DNA from: Eledone cirrhosa
Lineage: Eukaryota
Length of the DNA: 64,000 bases
Assembly: GCA_964016885.1 (NCBI GenBank)
Contig: OZ024740.1
Span: 409,696,001-409,760,000, forward strand
Direction of reading: 5' to 3'
The position numbers and the translations under genes are program-made. Below are positions 35,201 to 48,789 of this stretch, in pieces. The number at the start of each line of letters is the position of its first letter. Within the stretch, counting starts at the first letter, position 1. Below the pieces are notes generated by a model, which ran no database searches, was not told where the DNA came from, and worked only from the letters and a program-made list of their open reading frames with translations.

Positions 35201-38200
35201 TATAGTATAGTATAGTATAGTATAGTATAGTATAGTATAGTATAGATTTGTAGATTATAGTATGGTATAGTGCTATAGTATAATATGCTATACTATACTA
35301 TACCATACTATACTCTACCATACTATACTCTACAAAAGTATACGATATATAATATACTATACTAAACTATCTATACTATAATATACTATATATATATTAA
35401 ACTATACTATATACACTATACTAAACTAAACTAAACTATACTTTACTAAACTAAACTATACTATACTAAACTAAACTAAACAATACTTTACAAAACTAAA
35501 CTATACTATACTAAATTAAACTTAACTAAACTATACTATACTATACTAAACTATACTATACCATACTACACTATACTAAATTGTACTATACTATGTTATA
35601 TTATACTAAACTATTCTATACTATATTATACTAATCTATACTATACTAAATTATACTATACTATACTATACTATACTATACTATACTATACTATACTATA
35701 CTATACTATACTATACTATACTATACTCAACAAAACTATACTATAGTATACTATACTATACTATGCTATACTATACTATACTATACCATACTATACTATA
35801 TTATATTATACCATACCATACTACACTATACTACACTAATCTATACTATACCATACTATACTTAACTATACTATAAAATATTATAGAATACTATACTATA
35901 CTAAACTATACTATACTATATTATACTATACTATACTATACTATAATATACTATACTATACTATACTATACAAAACTATATAATATTATACTATACTATG
36001 CCATACTATCGTATACTATATTATAACATGCTATACTATTCTATACTATACTAAGCTATACTATAATTTACAATACTATGCTATACTATACTATACTACA
36101 AACCTATACTATAGTGTACTATACTATACTACGCAATGTTATACTATACAATACTATACTATACGATACTATACTATTCTATACAATACTATGCAATGCT
36201 ATACTATACTATGCTATGCAATATTAAACTATACTGTATTATACTATACTATACTATACTATACTATACTATACTATACTATACTATACTATACTATACT
36301 ATACTATGCTATTTTATGCTATACTATACTATACTATATATATTACATTAAACTATACTATACGATACTATACTATTCTATACAATACTATGCAATGCTA
36401 TACTATACTATGCTATGCAATATTAAACTATACTATATTATACTATACCATACTATACTATACTATACTATAGTATACTATGCTATACTATACGATACCA
36501 AACTATACTATTCCATACTATACTATACCATACTATACTAAGCTATTCTACACCATACTATACTATATTATACTATACTATACTATAATATAATATAATA
36601 TTGTATAATATACTATAGTATACTATACTATACTACACTATACTATATTATACTATACAAAAGTATACTATAGTATAATATACTATGCCATACTATAGTA
36701 TACTATACTATGCTATACTATACTATGCGTTACTATACTATACTATACTATTATATAATATACTATCGTATACTATACTATACTACACTATACTATACTA
36801 TACCATGCAAAACTATACTATAGTACACTATACTATGCGATACTATTCTATACTATACTATACTATACTATGCTATGCTATACTATACTATACTATGCGA
36901 TACTATTCTATACTATACTATATTATAAAATACTATACTATACTATGCTATACTATACTATACTATACGATACTATACTATACTATACTATACTATACTA
37001 TACTATACTATACTATACTATACTATACTATACTATGCTATTTTATGCTAAACTATACTATACTATATATATTACACTAAACTATTCTAAACTAAACTAT
37101 ACTAAACTATACTATACTATACTATATTATACTATACTATACTATACTATACTATACTATACTCTACAAAACTATACGATACAATATCCTACTATACTAT
37201 ACTATACTATACTATGCTATACTATACTATACCAAACTATACTATACCATACTATACTCTACAAAACTATACTATACTATTCCATACTCTACTATACCAT
37301 ACTATACTAAGCTATTCTATACTATACTATGCCATACCATTGTATACTATATTATAACATGCTATACTATACCATACTATACTATACTATACTATGCTAT
37401 GCTATACTATACTATACTAAACTATAATATATTATACAATACTTTAAACCTATGCTATTATATACTATACTATGCTATGCTATACTATACTATACTATGC
37501 GATACTATTCTATATTATACTATACTATAAAATACTATACTATACTATGCTATGCTATACTATACTATACTATACTATACTATACTATACTATACTATAC
37601 TATACTATACTATACTATACTATACTATACTATGCTATACTATGCTATACTATACTATACTATGCAATACTATATTATACTATACTATAGTATACTAAAC
37701 TAAACTAAACACAACTATACTAATCTATAATATACTAAATTAAAGTAAACTATACTAAACATTACTATACTATACTGCACTATACTATACTAATTTATAC
37801 TATACCATATTGTACTAAACTATAATATACTATATTATACTATACCATACTATACTATACCATACTATACTATACCATACCATACTAAAATCTACAAAAC
37901 TCTAATATACCATACTACACTATACTATAATATACCATACTATACTATACGATACGATACTATACTCTACAAATCTATACTATACCACACTATACTATAC
38001 TATACTAAACTATACTATACTATACAATACTATACTATACTATACTATAATAAATTACACTATACAATACTATACTACACTAAACTATACTAAACTAAAC
38101 TATACTATACTACACTATAATTTACTATACTAAACTAAACAAAATAAACTATACTATACTATACTAAACTATACTATACCATATTACACTATACTAAATT

Positions 38201-41200
38201 ATACTATACTATACTATATTATACTATACTATACTATATTATACTAAACTATACTATACTAAATTATACTATACCATACTATACTATACTATACAATACT
38301 ATACACAACAAAACTAAACTATAGTATACTATACTATGCTATGCTATACTATAATATACTATTCCATACTATACTATACTATACTAAATTATACAATACC
38401 ATACTATACTAAGCAATACTATAGAATACCATACCATACTATACTAAACTATACTATACAAATTTATATAATACTATACTATACTATACAAAACTATACT
38501 ATCGTATGTAATACTATACTATACTATGCTATACTATAGTATACGATATATAATAAGCTATACTATATTATACTATACTAAACTGTACTATATCATACCA
38601 TACTATACTTTACAAAACTATACTATACCATACTATACTATACTATACTATACTATACTATACTATACTATGCCATACTATACTATACATTAATATACTA
38701 TGCTATACTATATTATAGCATACTATACTATACTATAATATTCTATACTATACTATACGAGACTATACTAAACTATATTCTACATAACTATACTATAGTA
38801 TACCATACTATACTATGCCATACTATACTATACATTAGTATACTATGCTATACTATATTATACCATACTATACTATAGTATAATATTCTATACTATACTA
38901 TACGAGACTACACTAAACTATATTCTACAAAACTATAATATAGTATACTATACTATGCTATGCTATACTATACTATACTACACTATACTATTCTATACTA
39001 TACTATACTATACTAAACTATACTATACCATACTATACTAAGCTATACTATACTATACTATTCTATACTATACTATACAAAACTATACTATAGTATACTA
39101 TACTATACTATAATATATTATACTATACTATAACATGCTATACTATACTATACTATACTATGCTATATTATACTATACTATAATATACTATACTATACTA
39201 TAACATGCTATACTATACTATACTATACTATACTATACTATACTATACTATACTATGCTATATTATACTATACTATACTATATATATAATATAATATACT
39301 AAACTATACTATACTATAGAATACTATACTATACTAAACTACACTATACAATACTATACTACACTAAAGAATACTAAACTAAACTATACTGTACTATACT
39401 TTACTTTAGCATGCTATGCTAAACTAGACTATACTATACTATACTGTACTATACTAAACTATACTATACTATACTAAACTAAACTAAACTATACTTTACT
39501 AAACTAAACTATACTATACTAAACTAAACTAAACTATACTATACTATACTAAACTATACTATACCATACTACACTATACTAAATTATACTGTACTATATT
39601 ATACTAAACTATACTATACTATACTATATTATACTAAAATATACTATTCTCAACAAAACTATACTATAGTATACTATACTATACTATACTATACTATACT
39701 ATACTATACTATACTATACTATACTATACTATACTATACTATACTATTCAAAACTATACTATAGTATACTATACTATACTATGCCATACTATAGTATACT
39801 ATATTATAACATGCTATCCTATACTATACTTTGTTATGCTATACTATAATATAGTATACTATGCTATACTATACTATATTATACTATAATATACTATACT
39901 AAACTAGACTATACTATATTATACTATACTACAAACCTATTCTATAGTGTAATATACTATAATATGCTATGCTATACTATACTATACTATACTATACTAT
40001 ACTATACTATACTATACTATGCTATACTATGCTATACTATACTATACTATACTATACTATACTATATTATACTAAATTATACTATGTTATACTATACTAT
40101 ACTAAACTCTACAAAACTATACGATACCATACTATACTATACTATACTATACTATACTATACTATACTATACTATACTATACTATACTATGCTAGACTAT
40201 ACTATTCCAAACTATACTATACCATTCTATATCCTACAAAACTATACTATACTATTCCATACTATACTATACTATACTATTCCATACTATACTATACTAA
40301 ACTATACTATACCATACTATACTAAGCTATACTATACCATACTCTACTATACTATACTATACTATACTATACTATACTATACTATACTATACTATACTAT
40401 ACTATACTATACACTATAATAGAATACTATACTATACTAAACTATACTATACAATGCTATACTATACTATAATATAATATACTATATTATACTATACTAC
40501 AAACCTATACTATAGTATACTATACTATGCTATGCTATGCTATACTATACTATACTATACTATACTATACTATACTATACTATACTATACTATACTATAC
40601 TATACTATACTATACTATACTATACTATACTATACTATGCGATATTATACTATACTATACTATACTATACAATATTATACTATACTATGCTATGCTATAC
40701 TATACTATACTATATTATACTATACTCTACTATACTATACTATGCTATAGTATGCTATACTATACTATACTATACAATACTATACTATACTATACTATAC
40801 TATACTATACTATACTATACTATACTAAACTATACTATACTATACTATACTAAACTAAATTAACTAAACTATACTAAACTATACTATACTAAATTAAAGT
40901 AAACTATACTATACATTACTATACTATTCTATACAATACTATACAATACTATACTATACTTCACTATACTAAACTAATTTATACTATATTGTACTAAACC
41001 CTAATATACTATATTATACTATACCATACTATACTATACCATACTATACTATACTATACCATACCATACTATAATCTACAAGACTATACTATACCATACT
41101 ATACTATACTATACTATACCATACTATACTATACTATACCATACCATACTATACTCTACAAATCTATACTATACCGTACTATACTATACTATACCAGACT

Positions 41201-42077
41201 ATACTATACTATAGTATACTATTCTATACTATACCATACTATACCATAGATAATTTAGTATAGTATAATATAGTTTAGTAGTGTATAGTTTAGTATAGTA
41301 TAGTATAGTATAGTATAGTATAGTATAGTATAGTATAGTATAGTATAGTATAGTATAGTATAGTATAGTATAGTATAGTATAGTATAGTATAGCATAGTA
41401 TAGTATAGTATAGTATAGTTTTGTAGAGTATTGTATGTTATAGTACTATAGTATACTATGCTATACTATACCAATTATACTATACGATACTATACTCTAG
41501 AAATATATACTATATTATAATATACTATACTAATCTATACTTTACTATAGAATACTATACTATACTAATCTACACTATAAAATACTATACTACACCAAAT
41601 TGTACTAAACTAAACTATACTATACTATACTATACTTTACTATGCCATACTATACTAAACTATACTATACTATACTATATTTTACTATACTATATTTTAC
41701 TATACTAAAGTATACTATACTATAGTATACTATACTATACTATGCTATATTAAACTATACTATACTATACTATACTAAACTAAACTAAACTATACTTTAC
41801 TAAACTAAACTATACTATACTAAACTAAACTAAACTAAACTAAACTATACTATACTTCACTATGCTATACCATACTACACTAAACTAAATTATACTATAC
41901 TATACTATATTATACTAAACAATACTATACGATACTAAACTTTACTATACCATACTATACTAAGCAATACTATACCATACTATACTATACTATACTGTAC
42001 TATACCATACTATACTATACTATACTATACCATACTATACTATACTATACTATACCATACCATACTACACTATACTA
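26300..42077. repeat. Second satellite domain: ~2.3-3.2 kb TATGC-rich higher-order unit containing inverted (TATAG)n islands
   Basis: Markers ctcttccctacta (~27697, 30414, 32627) and acaaatctatac (~26866, 29523, 31781, 35009, 37969, 41158). Strand-flipped islands at ~26935-27048, 29592-29780, 31851-32018, 35078-35271, 41252-41444. Confidence 0.85.
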
Positions 42078-42320
42078 GTTTTTTGTGGCTTTTTTCGTGG
42101 CAATATATATATATATATTTAATGCTAAATTATTAATAACAATATACTGTATTAGCCAGCCTATTGGACGCCCCTTCGCATAAGACTCTTTTTTATTATA
42201 TTTTACGTTATATTTAGACGTTTATAGGCATTTTTATGGACCACTTCCAATATTTGCGGTTTGTCGCTCTTCGCGGGTGCTTCAGGAACGTAACCCCCGC
42301 GAATACTGAGAACAACCGTA
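42078..42320. mobile_element. Probable right end of a pogo/Tigger-like DNA transposon
   Basis: Terminal ttcgcggg...ggaacgtaacccccgcgaata...ccgTA resembles Tigger-type TIRs and ends at a TA dinucleotide. Recognised by eye only. Confidence 0.5.
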
Positions 42321-42719
42321 TTATAAGTTTGTGACTGGATTCAATGCATTTGGTGTACTGTTTTATTACCAGGGTTGATATTCGTAGCTATTTTATCAAT
42401 TCTATGGCTAGGTTGCAATTGATTCTTGTTAAAAACATTAAGTGAGGTTTATACATTTTTAATAATGTATTTACCGCGTCGAATTTCCTGTGGTTCTCTG
42501 ACTTAGTCTATGGGTTTTTCTACTGTCGTGCTTTATCAATATATATTAACCTGTTAAGTGCTTCGCTTGTTGGCGTGAATTTAAAAGGTCTCTTAAGTAG
42601 AATTGTTACTGCTGACATTTTATGTATATATGGGAACCTCCGGATTCTCACAGATACTTATCAGTATCATTCGTGTATATGAAAGTTATATGCCTATTAT
42701 TTTCTTTATTGTATCACTA

Positions 42720-42860
42720 TTAATATTATTTGAACTGCTCTATATATTGAATTGCATGCCTGAGTTGTATATTAGGTCAGCCTTTAATCTCTCAATATCT
42801 TCTAACGTCCCCATTGCAACATGTATCTTAGTAACACACCTGGCGTGTAGCATATGTTCC
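42720..42860 (-). mobile_element. Decayed LINE RT C-terminal fragment (CR1/L2-like)
   Basis: Minus-strand translation TKIHVAMGTLEDIERLKADLIYNSGMQFN resembles the post-YADD ED..LQ.DL...M.FN segment. Short and interrupted. Confidence 0.4.
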
Positions 42861-42862
42861 TA

Positions 42863-42865
<3 letters not shown>

Positions 42866-42922
<57 letters not shown>
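42866..42922. repeat. (TA)n microsatellite
   Basis: Pure TA run. Confidence 0.98.
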
Positions 42923-42925
<3 letters not shown>

Positions 42926-43660
42926 GGAATAGAATGAAACGAAATTTCATTTCTCACTCTTAGTACGGCAGTTACTTAAATGTAAGTATGTATGTATGTA
43001 TATGTACATACATATGTGTATACAGACGTACAGTAGTATGTATATATATACATACATGCATACATATATATATGCACGTATCAGTTTACCGAACATTTAT
43101 TATAATGCTCGGTTTGTTTGTTTGTAAACAAACAAACAGCCCGAATTACGCCGTACAGTGTTTAGGCAACCACGTCACCTTTTTGTTCAACACTGACACA
43201 GGAACGATGTACTAGTTTAAAGCTTATTAGCTATCGTCAGCATCGTATACCTTCCTGCCAGATGGTTGAACGTCTGAAAGTATATACTTTCCTTATGCAT
43301 ATTAACGGCTGAGCAGCCTAATTTGCGAGTGAGTTTAGTCGGCCGCGCGCACCGAAAACGATAAATGGAATAGAATGAAACGAAATTTCATTTCTCACAC
43401 TTAGTACGGCAGTTGCTTGAAATAAGCTTGAAACTAGTACATCGTTCCTGTGTCAGTGTTGAACAAAAAGGTGACGTGGTTGCCTAAACACTGTACGGCG
43501 TAATTCGGGCTGTTTGTTTACAAACAAACAAACCGAGCATTATAATAAATGTTCGATAAACCGATACGTGCATATATATATGTGTGCATGTATGTATATA
43601 TATACATACTACTGTACGTCTGTATACATATATGTATGTACGTATACATACATACATACT

Positions 43661-43727
<67 letters not shown>

Positions 43728-43801
43728 ATATATATATATATACATACTACTGTACGTCTGTATACATATATGTATGTACGTATACATACATACATACTTG
43801 C

Positions 43802-43803
<2 letters not shown>
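42921..43803. mobile_element. Fold-back element with ~245 bp inverted arms (42980-43227 / 43421-43666) between (TA)n tracts
   Basis: The arms are near-perfect reverse complements. There is a ~58 bp direct repeat at 42921-42978 / 43362-43418, and the distal right arm is repeated at ~43725-43803. Confidence 0.8.
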
Positions 43804-43872
<69 letters not shown>

Positions 43873-44152
43873 CATGTATATATATGTGTGTGACGTATAT
43901 GGAGAGGTGAAACACACTTCAATGAGCGATGTCAACTACAGATAAATTATGTAAACAAAGACATCTCTGAAAGTGCATGAATTAAAGTTTCACACACTAG
44001 CACACATTCAAAAAGATACACATACACGCACACATTCACAAGTGCGCGTGCACACACACACACAGTCACATATACGGAAATACACATGTCTATAGTTACA
44101 TGAAGGAATACTACAAAATCATCCATGACTGTCGGGGAGAGACAGCTGCAGC

Positions 44153-44188
44153 TATATAACGCCCTACATTTTTCAGTTGGTATCAGAT
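44153..44188 (+). promoter_or_regulatory. TATA box and Inr-like element of the EF-hand gene
   Basis: TATATAA at 44153 and TCAGAT with its A at 44185 (32 nt spacing). The same arrangement is conserved in the paralogous copy at 60119-60153. Confidence 0.65.
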
Positions 44189-44284
44189 AGCTCGGGTGTA
44201 CAGAAGGATTCATAACTCTTTCATTCAACTATCCGATTCTTCTTTTCTGAATAATTTTCTATTAAGAAACATATCATTGAAGAA

Positions 44285-44419
44285 ATGGCTCCAACAAAAG
44301 AGGAATGGGTGACAATTTTCGAAGGAATTGATAAAGACAACGATGGTAACTTGTCTCTTAAAGAATTGAAACTTGGTCTGGAAGCAAGAAATATCTTTAT
44401 CAGCAAATTGGCACTTGAG
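44285..44419 (+). CDS. EF-hand Ca2+-binding protein, coding exon 1: MAPTKEEWVTIFEGIDKDNDGNLSLKELKLGLEARNIFISKLALE
   Basis: ATG in gaaATGG context, canonical 12-residue EF loop DKDNDGNLSLKE, and phase-0 donor GAG|GTTGGT at 44420. Confidence 0.88.
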
Positions 44420-44449
44420 GTTGGTATTTGACACATACACACATAACCC

Positions 44450-44700
44450 GCCCCACACACGCAAGCACAACAAAGTACTCACCCTTATAACCCACAACAT
44501 AATACCCACATACACACACATACACACATAACCCCCCCCCCCACACACACACACACACGCAAGCACAACAAAGTACTCACCCTTATAACCCACATACACA
44601 CACATACACTCATACACACACATACACACATACCCCCCACACACACGCAAACACAACAAAGTACTCACCCTTATAATCCACAAAATAATACCCACATACA
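44450..44700. repeat. Three ~90 bp degenerate direct repeats (gcaagcacaacaaagtactcacccttataa) with CA-rich spacers
   Basis: Core at ~44461, 44559 and 44647. Confidence 0.85.
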
Positions 44701-44958
44701 CACACATACACACATACGCACACATACACACATACACACATATACACGCACACACACACGACAATTGAGAAACAAACTAGTATTTTGTACATATATACAG
44801 AAGAAATAATATGTAAATTTAAATGCAAACACCCTACCCCAGCTCGTACCTTGGGGGTGAGATTTCCAGGTGCAAACGAATAGTCAAACCTGACACAAGA
44901 GTCTCTCTTTCTCCCTCACTCACTCCCCTCTGTCCTTCTGTCCCTCATCCTTCTCTCA

Positions 44959-44960
<2 letters not shown>

Positions 44961-45045
<85 letters not shown>

Positions 45046-45050
45046 TCTCT
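44961..45050. repeat. (CT)n microsatellite
   Basis: Long CT run. Confidence 0.97.
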
Positions 45051-45165
45051 CACACTATATAGATAGATAGACAGGTCGATAGATGGATGGATACAGAGAG
45101 AGAGAGAGAAGGAGGGAGAGAGAAAGAAAGAATTCTTTGTAGTATTTATTTCACCTCTCTGCTCT

Positions 45166-45252
45166 CTGAGTTCAAATCCCACCGAGGTCAACTTTGCCTT
45201 TCATCCATTTGAAATCGATAAAAAAAATACCAGTCAAGAACTGGGGTCGATT
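45166..45252 (+). mobile_element. SINE fragment (older, diverged copy)
   Basis: ctgagttcaaatcccaccgaggtcaactttgcctttcatcc...ctggggtcga, containing the B box and the shared core. Confidence 0.85.
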
Positions 45253-45357
45253 CTTCCTCTATATCTCTTTCTCGCTTCCATTCTATCCAGGAAGCTCCAA
45301 CCGTTAAGGTTGTTTTTTTTTGCGGGTATGTTAATATTTATTTATAAAACAAATCTG

Positions 45358-45423
45358 TATTTTATCTGATGAAAGCGCACCATAATTTCCCTTGGTTGCC
45401 CTTGAAATATGTACAATAAAATA
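45358..45423 (+). ncRNA. Degenerate type I hammerhead ribozyme motif (U16.1 replaced by C, probably inactive)
   Basis: tattttat-CTGATGA-imperfect stem II-GAAA-TATGTA-CA-ataaaata. Stem I is a perfect 8 bp and the layout is the same as 46565-46635. Confidence 0.6.
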
Positions 45424-45554
45424 AATATGGTTTTATAAATATAGTTTCCATTTATTAATATATTGTGTATTTACTCCACTACTCTGTTGAGTGCTTTATA
45501 TCAGTTATAAAAATGTTTAAGCTTGTTGAATCCCAACAAATTAAATATAACCTC

Positions 45555-45612
<58 letters not shown>

Positions 45613-46042
45613 AAGTTATGAAACGAAAGGGGCAAGGGGCTGTGTGGTTACTAAAAACAAGGTTTGGGATGGTGGTTAGGACGGAACAGGAGGAGAAAGG
45701 AAGAAAGGGGTTTCCATCGTCAGCTGTAAATCTTTCCCGGACCGGTGTTTCGGCGCTGAATTACAGGACATCGGTGTAGTTCGGGTACGCCCGAGGCCTT
45801 TTATTAATCAAAAGGCCAGGTGGAAAAGGAGAGAGAAAGAGAGAAAAAAAGGGGGGAGAAAAAAGGAGAGAGAAAAGGAAAGAGAGGGAAAGGAGGAAGA
45901 ACAGGGGAGAAAAACATGAGGAGAGAGGAAGAAGGGGAAAAATAGGAAAGGAATAGGAGAAAAAAAATGTACAGGTCCTATATATATATATATATGTGTG
46001 TGCGTGTGTGCACATATATATATATCAACTAGAAATTGATTG

Positions 46043-46114
<72 letters not shown>

Positions 46115-46367
46115 AACATATGAAACAATCACAGGGAATAATATGTAAAGTGTGTAAGCACACACAGACATGACACCCTTAATTTAATTTTGGATTTTGG
46201 ATATATATATATATATAACAACTATATATATATATATATATGTAGGAGGTGAGTTTTATTGTAGTACAATAAAGCAATGCAGATATCGGATAAGAAGCAC
46301 TCTACAGTTTGTAGGACTGGAGTATACATAATATATAAGATCAAAAGATGGTTAAAGGAGTTCCATG

Positions 46368-46438
46368 TATTTTATTATGAGCATTTCAAAAACAAACATC
46401 ATCATGCAATAATATTTGTGTTTTCATCAGATAAAACA
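46368..46438 (-). ncRNA. Type I hammerhead ribozyme motif (left arm)
   Basis: Minus strand reads tgttttat-CTGATGA-long stem II-GAAA-TGCTCA-TA-ataaaata. Confidence 0.75.
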
Positions 46439-46564
46439 GGAAAACATGATATGAAGGCTAAAAAACACTTGTGGATAGTGCAGTTTTAAATCAACATATC
46501 ATATTATGTTGATTTAAAACTGCACTATCCACAAGTGTTTTTTAGCCTTCATATCATGTTCTCC

Positions 46565-46635
46565 TGTTTTATCTGATGAAAACACAAATATTATTGCATG
46601 ATGATGTTTGTTTTTGAAATGCGCATAATAAAATA
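46565..46635 (+). ncRNA. Type I hammerhead ribozyme motif (right arm), predicted cut after A46627
   Basis: tgttttat-CTGATGA-(~16 bp stem II with one mismatch)-GAAA-TGCGCA-TA-ataaaata. Stem/loop III is the palindrome ATGCGCAT. Confidence 0.82.
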
Positions 46636-46667
46636 CATGGAACTCCTTTAACCATCTTTTGATCTTT

Positions 46668-46703
<36 letters not shown>

Positions 46704-46712
<9 letters not shown>

Positions 46713-46880
46713 AAAAAAAAGGAAAAGAATTACTTCACTTGTAGTTCTAAACAATTTGATTTAATTTTATATTATAATATTATGAGTTTTCTACCAATTG
46801 ATAATATTATAATATTATAAAATTAAATCAAATTTTTAGAACTACAAGTGAAGTCGTTCTTTTCCTTTATTTCAAATATA
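46704..46880. repeat. Inverted repeat with ~78 bp arms (46704-46783 / 46801-46880) next to (TA)n
   Basis: acttcacttgtagttctaaa is the reverse complement of tttagaactacaagtgaagt. No hammerhead core seen. Confidence 0.85.
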
Positions 46881-46916
46881 CCTAATTGTACCAAGGATCT
46901 CACACATTTTCCAATG

Positions 46917-46959
<43 letters not shown>

Positions 46960-47088
46960 GTAATCTGAGTTTTTCAAATATTAATAATAACATTCGATTC
47001 GTTTGCAATTATGCAAACAATCCTAATTTTTAAAGTCATGTCAGTAGAATGAGCCCCTCATTCTTGCTCTTGTGTTGGCATGTAAACA

Positions 47089-47138
47089 GAACTGCATACA
47101 CTAATGTTTCTGGGTACCACCCTTCATCAGTACAGCTC
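47089..47138 (-). ncRNA. Type I hammerhead ribozyme motif (GUA site)
   Basis: Minus strand reads gagctgta-CTGATGA-aGGGTggtACCCa-GAAAC-attagt-GTA-tgcagttc. Confidence 0.75.
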
Positions 47139-47257
47139 ATTGTTCACCTGCCAACTGTCAGAGCTAGTGAAAATATATGCTATTTTCTAAAATATACGGT
47201 GACTGATCGGCCTGATTTGTATATTAGCAGACTGTTGACAGTTGGCAGGTGAACAAT

Positions 47258-47307
47258 GAGCTGTACTGATGAAGGGTGATACCCAGAAACATTAGTGTCT
47301 GCAGTTC
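47258..47307 (+). ncRNA. Type I hammerhead ribozyme motif (GUC site, cut after C47299)
   Basis: gagctgta-CTGATGA-aGGGTgatACCCa-GAAAC-attagt-GTC-tgcagttc. Stem I is 8 bp, with an A.A mismatch at the base of stem II. Confidence 0.78.
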
Positions 47308-47416
47308 TGTTTACACAAGAGCAAGAATGAAGGGTTCATTCTACTGACATGGCTTTAAAAATGAGGCTTGTTTGCATAATTGCAAACGAATCGAATATTA
47401 TTATTAATATCCGAAA

Positions 47417-47584
47417 GGGCGGTGGATTGGCAGAATCGGTAGAGGGTCGGACGCCATGCTTTGCAGCATACAGTTACGGCCCTTTATGGTCTGAGTTCAA
47501 ATCCCGCCGAGGTTAACTTTGCCTTTCATCCTTACGGGGTCGATAAAATAAAGTACCAGTAATACACTGAGAAAAGTAGAAATA
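47417..47584 (+). mobile_element. tRNA-derived SINE with 17-bp TSD
   Basis: A box tggcagaatcgg and B box gagttcaaatcc. TSD attattaatatccgaaa at 47400-47416 and 47585-47601. Confidence 0.93.
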
Positions 47585-47726
47585 ATTATTAATATCCGAA
47601 AAACTCAGATTATATTTATTGTATTCAGCCATGTAGAGCGAAAATGTATATATATATATATATATTAGAAAGTGAGGGTTTTTTTACAAAATGAAAAATA
47701 ACCGAGGTGTCCTACACGAGTGGAAG

Positions 47727-48130
<404 letters not shown>

Positions 48131-48447
48131 TGTATGTATGTATATATACACACACACACATGACGCCTTTCTCATCGTGGTTTTTCACTCTTTACCTTTC
48201 CTCCACTCAATCTAACACTCACCTACCCTCTACTTGATATATCAATATGCCAGTAATACATATATAACGTTGTCAGTACGTTTTATTTGAATGGATCTGT
48301 TGATATATATACATTCATATATTGATGACATCTAGTTTTCTATATATATTTTCTTTTTTCCCACCTATTTTCCAAAGGAAAATATTTTTTCATAACAGAG
48401 TTACCTCCCTCCATGACTTTCATTTTATTTCTCATTTTATTTCTCAT

Positions 48448-48619
48448 CAGTATCGGTAGAGTGTCAGACGCCATGCTTTCCAGCATAGTTACGTCCCTTT
48501 ACGATCTGAGTTCAAATCCCGCCGAGGTTGACTTTGCCTTTCATCCTTACGGGGTCGATAAAATAAAGTACCAGTAATGCACTGGGTAATTGCTGGCCTT
48601 GTGCCTAAAGTAGAAACAA
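48448..48619 (+). mobile_element. SINE, slightly 5'-truncated, with 11-bp TSD
   Basis: Same family as 47417. TSD ttatttctcat at 48437-48447 and 48620-48630. Confidence 0.92.
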
Positions 48620-48789
48620 TTATTTCTCATTTTCCATCATACTTTCCACGAGACATCTTGGTAAATTTCGCGGTCATTTATTTGTTCATTCGCTTGATAA
48701 TGTATCTAATAAACTTGTTAGCTCATGAAATGTTTGGTTGCAAAAAATGGATTATCATGAGACTTCGCCATAAGCAATCAAGCAATATA

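Larger units (their letters stand above)
1..42077. repeat. (TATAC)n pentanucleotide satellite array with higher-order structure; left end runs off the window
   Basis: Continuous 5-bp period with variants TAAAC, CATAC, TAGAC, TATGC and AATAC. The + strand is nearly G-free. It ends abruptly at '...tatactag|ttttttgtggc' (~42077). Confidence 0.99.
46242..46675. mobile_element. Non-autonomous fold-back element: ~171 bp arms (46328-46498 / 46505-46675), an ~86 bp unpaired tail on the left, (TA)n on both flanks
   Basis: Near-perfect palindrome with a 6-nt spacer. Each arm contains a hammerhead motif, consistent with an inverted Penelope pseudo-LTR. Confidence 0.85.
46961..47612. mobile_element. Fold-back element with ~200 bp arms (46961-47160 / 47236-47612); the right arm is interrupted by a SINE
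   Basis: The arms are reverse complements and each contains a hammerhead motif. The right arm resumes (aaactcagatta) after the SINE's TSD. Confidence 0.85.

Noticed and set aside
1950-40863. Dozens of YYTIL-repeat ORFs
   Set aside because: (TATAC)n has no stop codon in any + frame, so these ORFs arise automatically. They overlap in all three frames.
44221-44460. 79-aa minus-strand ORF
   Set aside because: It is the antisense shadow of EF-hand exon 1.
45710-45800. Possible minus-strand hammerhead (GAAACACCGGTC ... CTGACGA)
   Set aside because: I could not pair stems I and II in any topology. Possibly a pseudo-LTR remnant.
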